Under the pieces are notes generated by a model. The model worked only from the letters and a program-made list of their open reading frames with translations. It was not told the origin of the DNA and ran no database searches. Of a stretch of 64,000 bases of DNA, positions 63,056 to 64,000 are shown piece after piece. The DNA comes from Marsupella aquatica (Eukaryota; Plantae; Marchantiophyta). Each line of letters opens with the position of its first letter. The first letter of the stretch is position 1. The translations under genes were made by a program, and so were the position numbers. The stretch spans positions 17,908,752 to 17,972,751 of the forward strand of contig OZ316898.1 of assembly GCA_973895155.1 (NCBI GenBank), given 5' to 3'.

Positions 63056-64000
63056 CTTCAATAATATGGGAGAAACACACACAGCCAACCCACACGAGAG
63101 GTTCTCTCCCTCTGTGTGTCCGAAACCTCTCAGCGGAATCTCTGCTCAAGTTCTTCACCGGTTTATATCTGCCAGCGTAATTCTGAGCCAAAATTTCGTC
63201 TTGACCGACTCCCTAGAGAACCGTTTTCGATGAGCGATAACTTCGTTTCCGAAGACAAGGACTGATTACTTTCCGCCCTCGGCCACCTAGTTACCCGATT
63301 CGGTGCCGAATCTGTTTTTGCAACAGCAGTCGTCCCTGAGTGCAATCAGTCGTTAAACGTCGAGAAAAAGCATTTATAATTGTGGAATATTATTGCATTC
63401 GCGTTGTTGAGGTTAGCGTTGATCCAGCCACATCCCTGTCTTGGGTTGCCTATGCGTAGGTCATCTCCAGCTTTGGACCCTTGAGAGGTTGGGGATGAGT
63501 GCAAACATTCCGCACTGGACACACCCAGAGTTAGCTTCAACGACTAGATGGTATGTCTCGACTGGAACAGAGGAGTAAGAATTCTGGTCCTGACTTTCCC
63601 AATTCGTAGATCGAGGTTTTGGCTGCAGTAGGTTCGGCTCCAAGGTCAAGTCTCAGTTGCAATTTCATGTGGCCTTGTTTGGAACATGCTTTCACTTAAA
63701 ACTGATTTTCATTTCATCCTCACATGACAAAGTACGATGAATCAGGAAAGAGAAAAAAAGGAATAACGACATTTGATGCCAGCTTTTAGAAAATGTTTTC
63801 GCCTGTATGAAAAAGGCTCATGTGAGCTCTAAATCAACCCCTGCTACATCGGAGTGCCCTCGCACCAAAAGAGCTACTTAGAAAATTCACAAGATGACTC
63901 TGTTTTCTTCCTCGTTGTAACATGATGAGTTGGTTGGCCTGGGATACCTGTTGGACAAACCATCAAAATGAAACCAGAGATTTCAAAAGTCCAGATGCAC

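Noticed and set aside
62797-63233. Plus-strand ORFs of 127 and 86 aa
   Set aside because: Antisense to GEK1 exon 1.
1-64000. tRNA, rRNA or snRNA genes
   Set aside because: None recognised by eye. A tRNAscan-SE/Infernal run would be needed to exclude them.

Overview
Intron-containing nuclear DNA from a land plant. A non-seed plant such as a bryophyte is likely, inferred from gene content and style and not proven. Seven protein-coding genes were rebuilt by hand from GT-AG splice junctions: (1) a secreted single-lobe transferrin-like protein with a Pro/Ala-rich AGP-like stalk (-); (2) a patatin-like phospholipase (+); (3) sterol 4-alpha-methyl oxidase SMO1 (+); (4) a single-pass receptor-like kinase (-); (5) COQ9 (-); (6) an intronless VGT-type sugar transporter (+); (7) the D-aminoacyl-tRNA deacylase GEK1/DTD2 (-). 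The intergenic DNA holds a 5'-truncated RLE-type (CRE-like) non-LTR retrotransposon with an intact endonuclease ORF plus older decayed relatives. It also holds a ~960-bp foldback element with long TIRs, a four-copy dispersed repeat carrying an AAAGATGT minisatellite, and several tandem arrays. The most notable observations are the AGP-transferrin chimera with altered metal ligands, the open endonuclease-only ORF, a pPLAIII-like patatin that keeps a canonical catalytic serine, a probable sugar-transporter retrogene behind a dense ACGTG cluster, and a duplicated 3' splice site that creates a poison acceptor in the kinase gene. No database searches were run; family assignments rest on recognised motifs.
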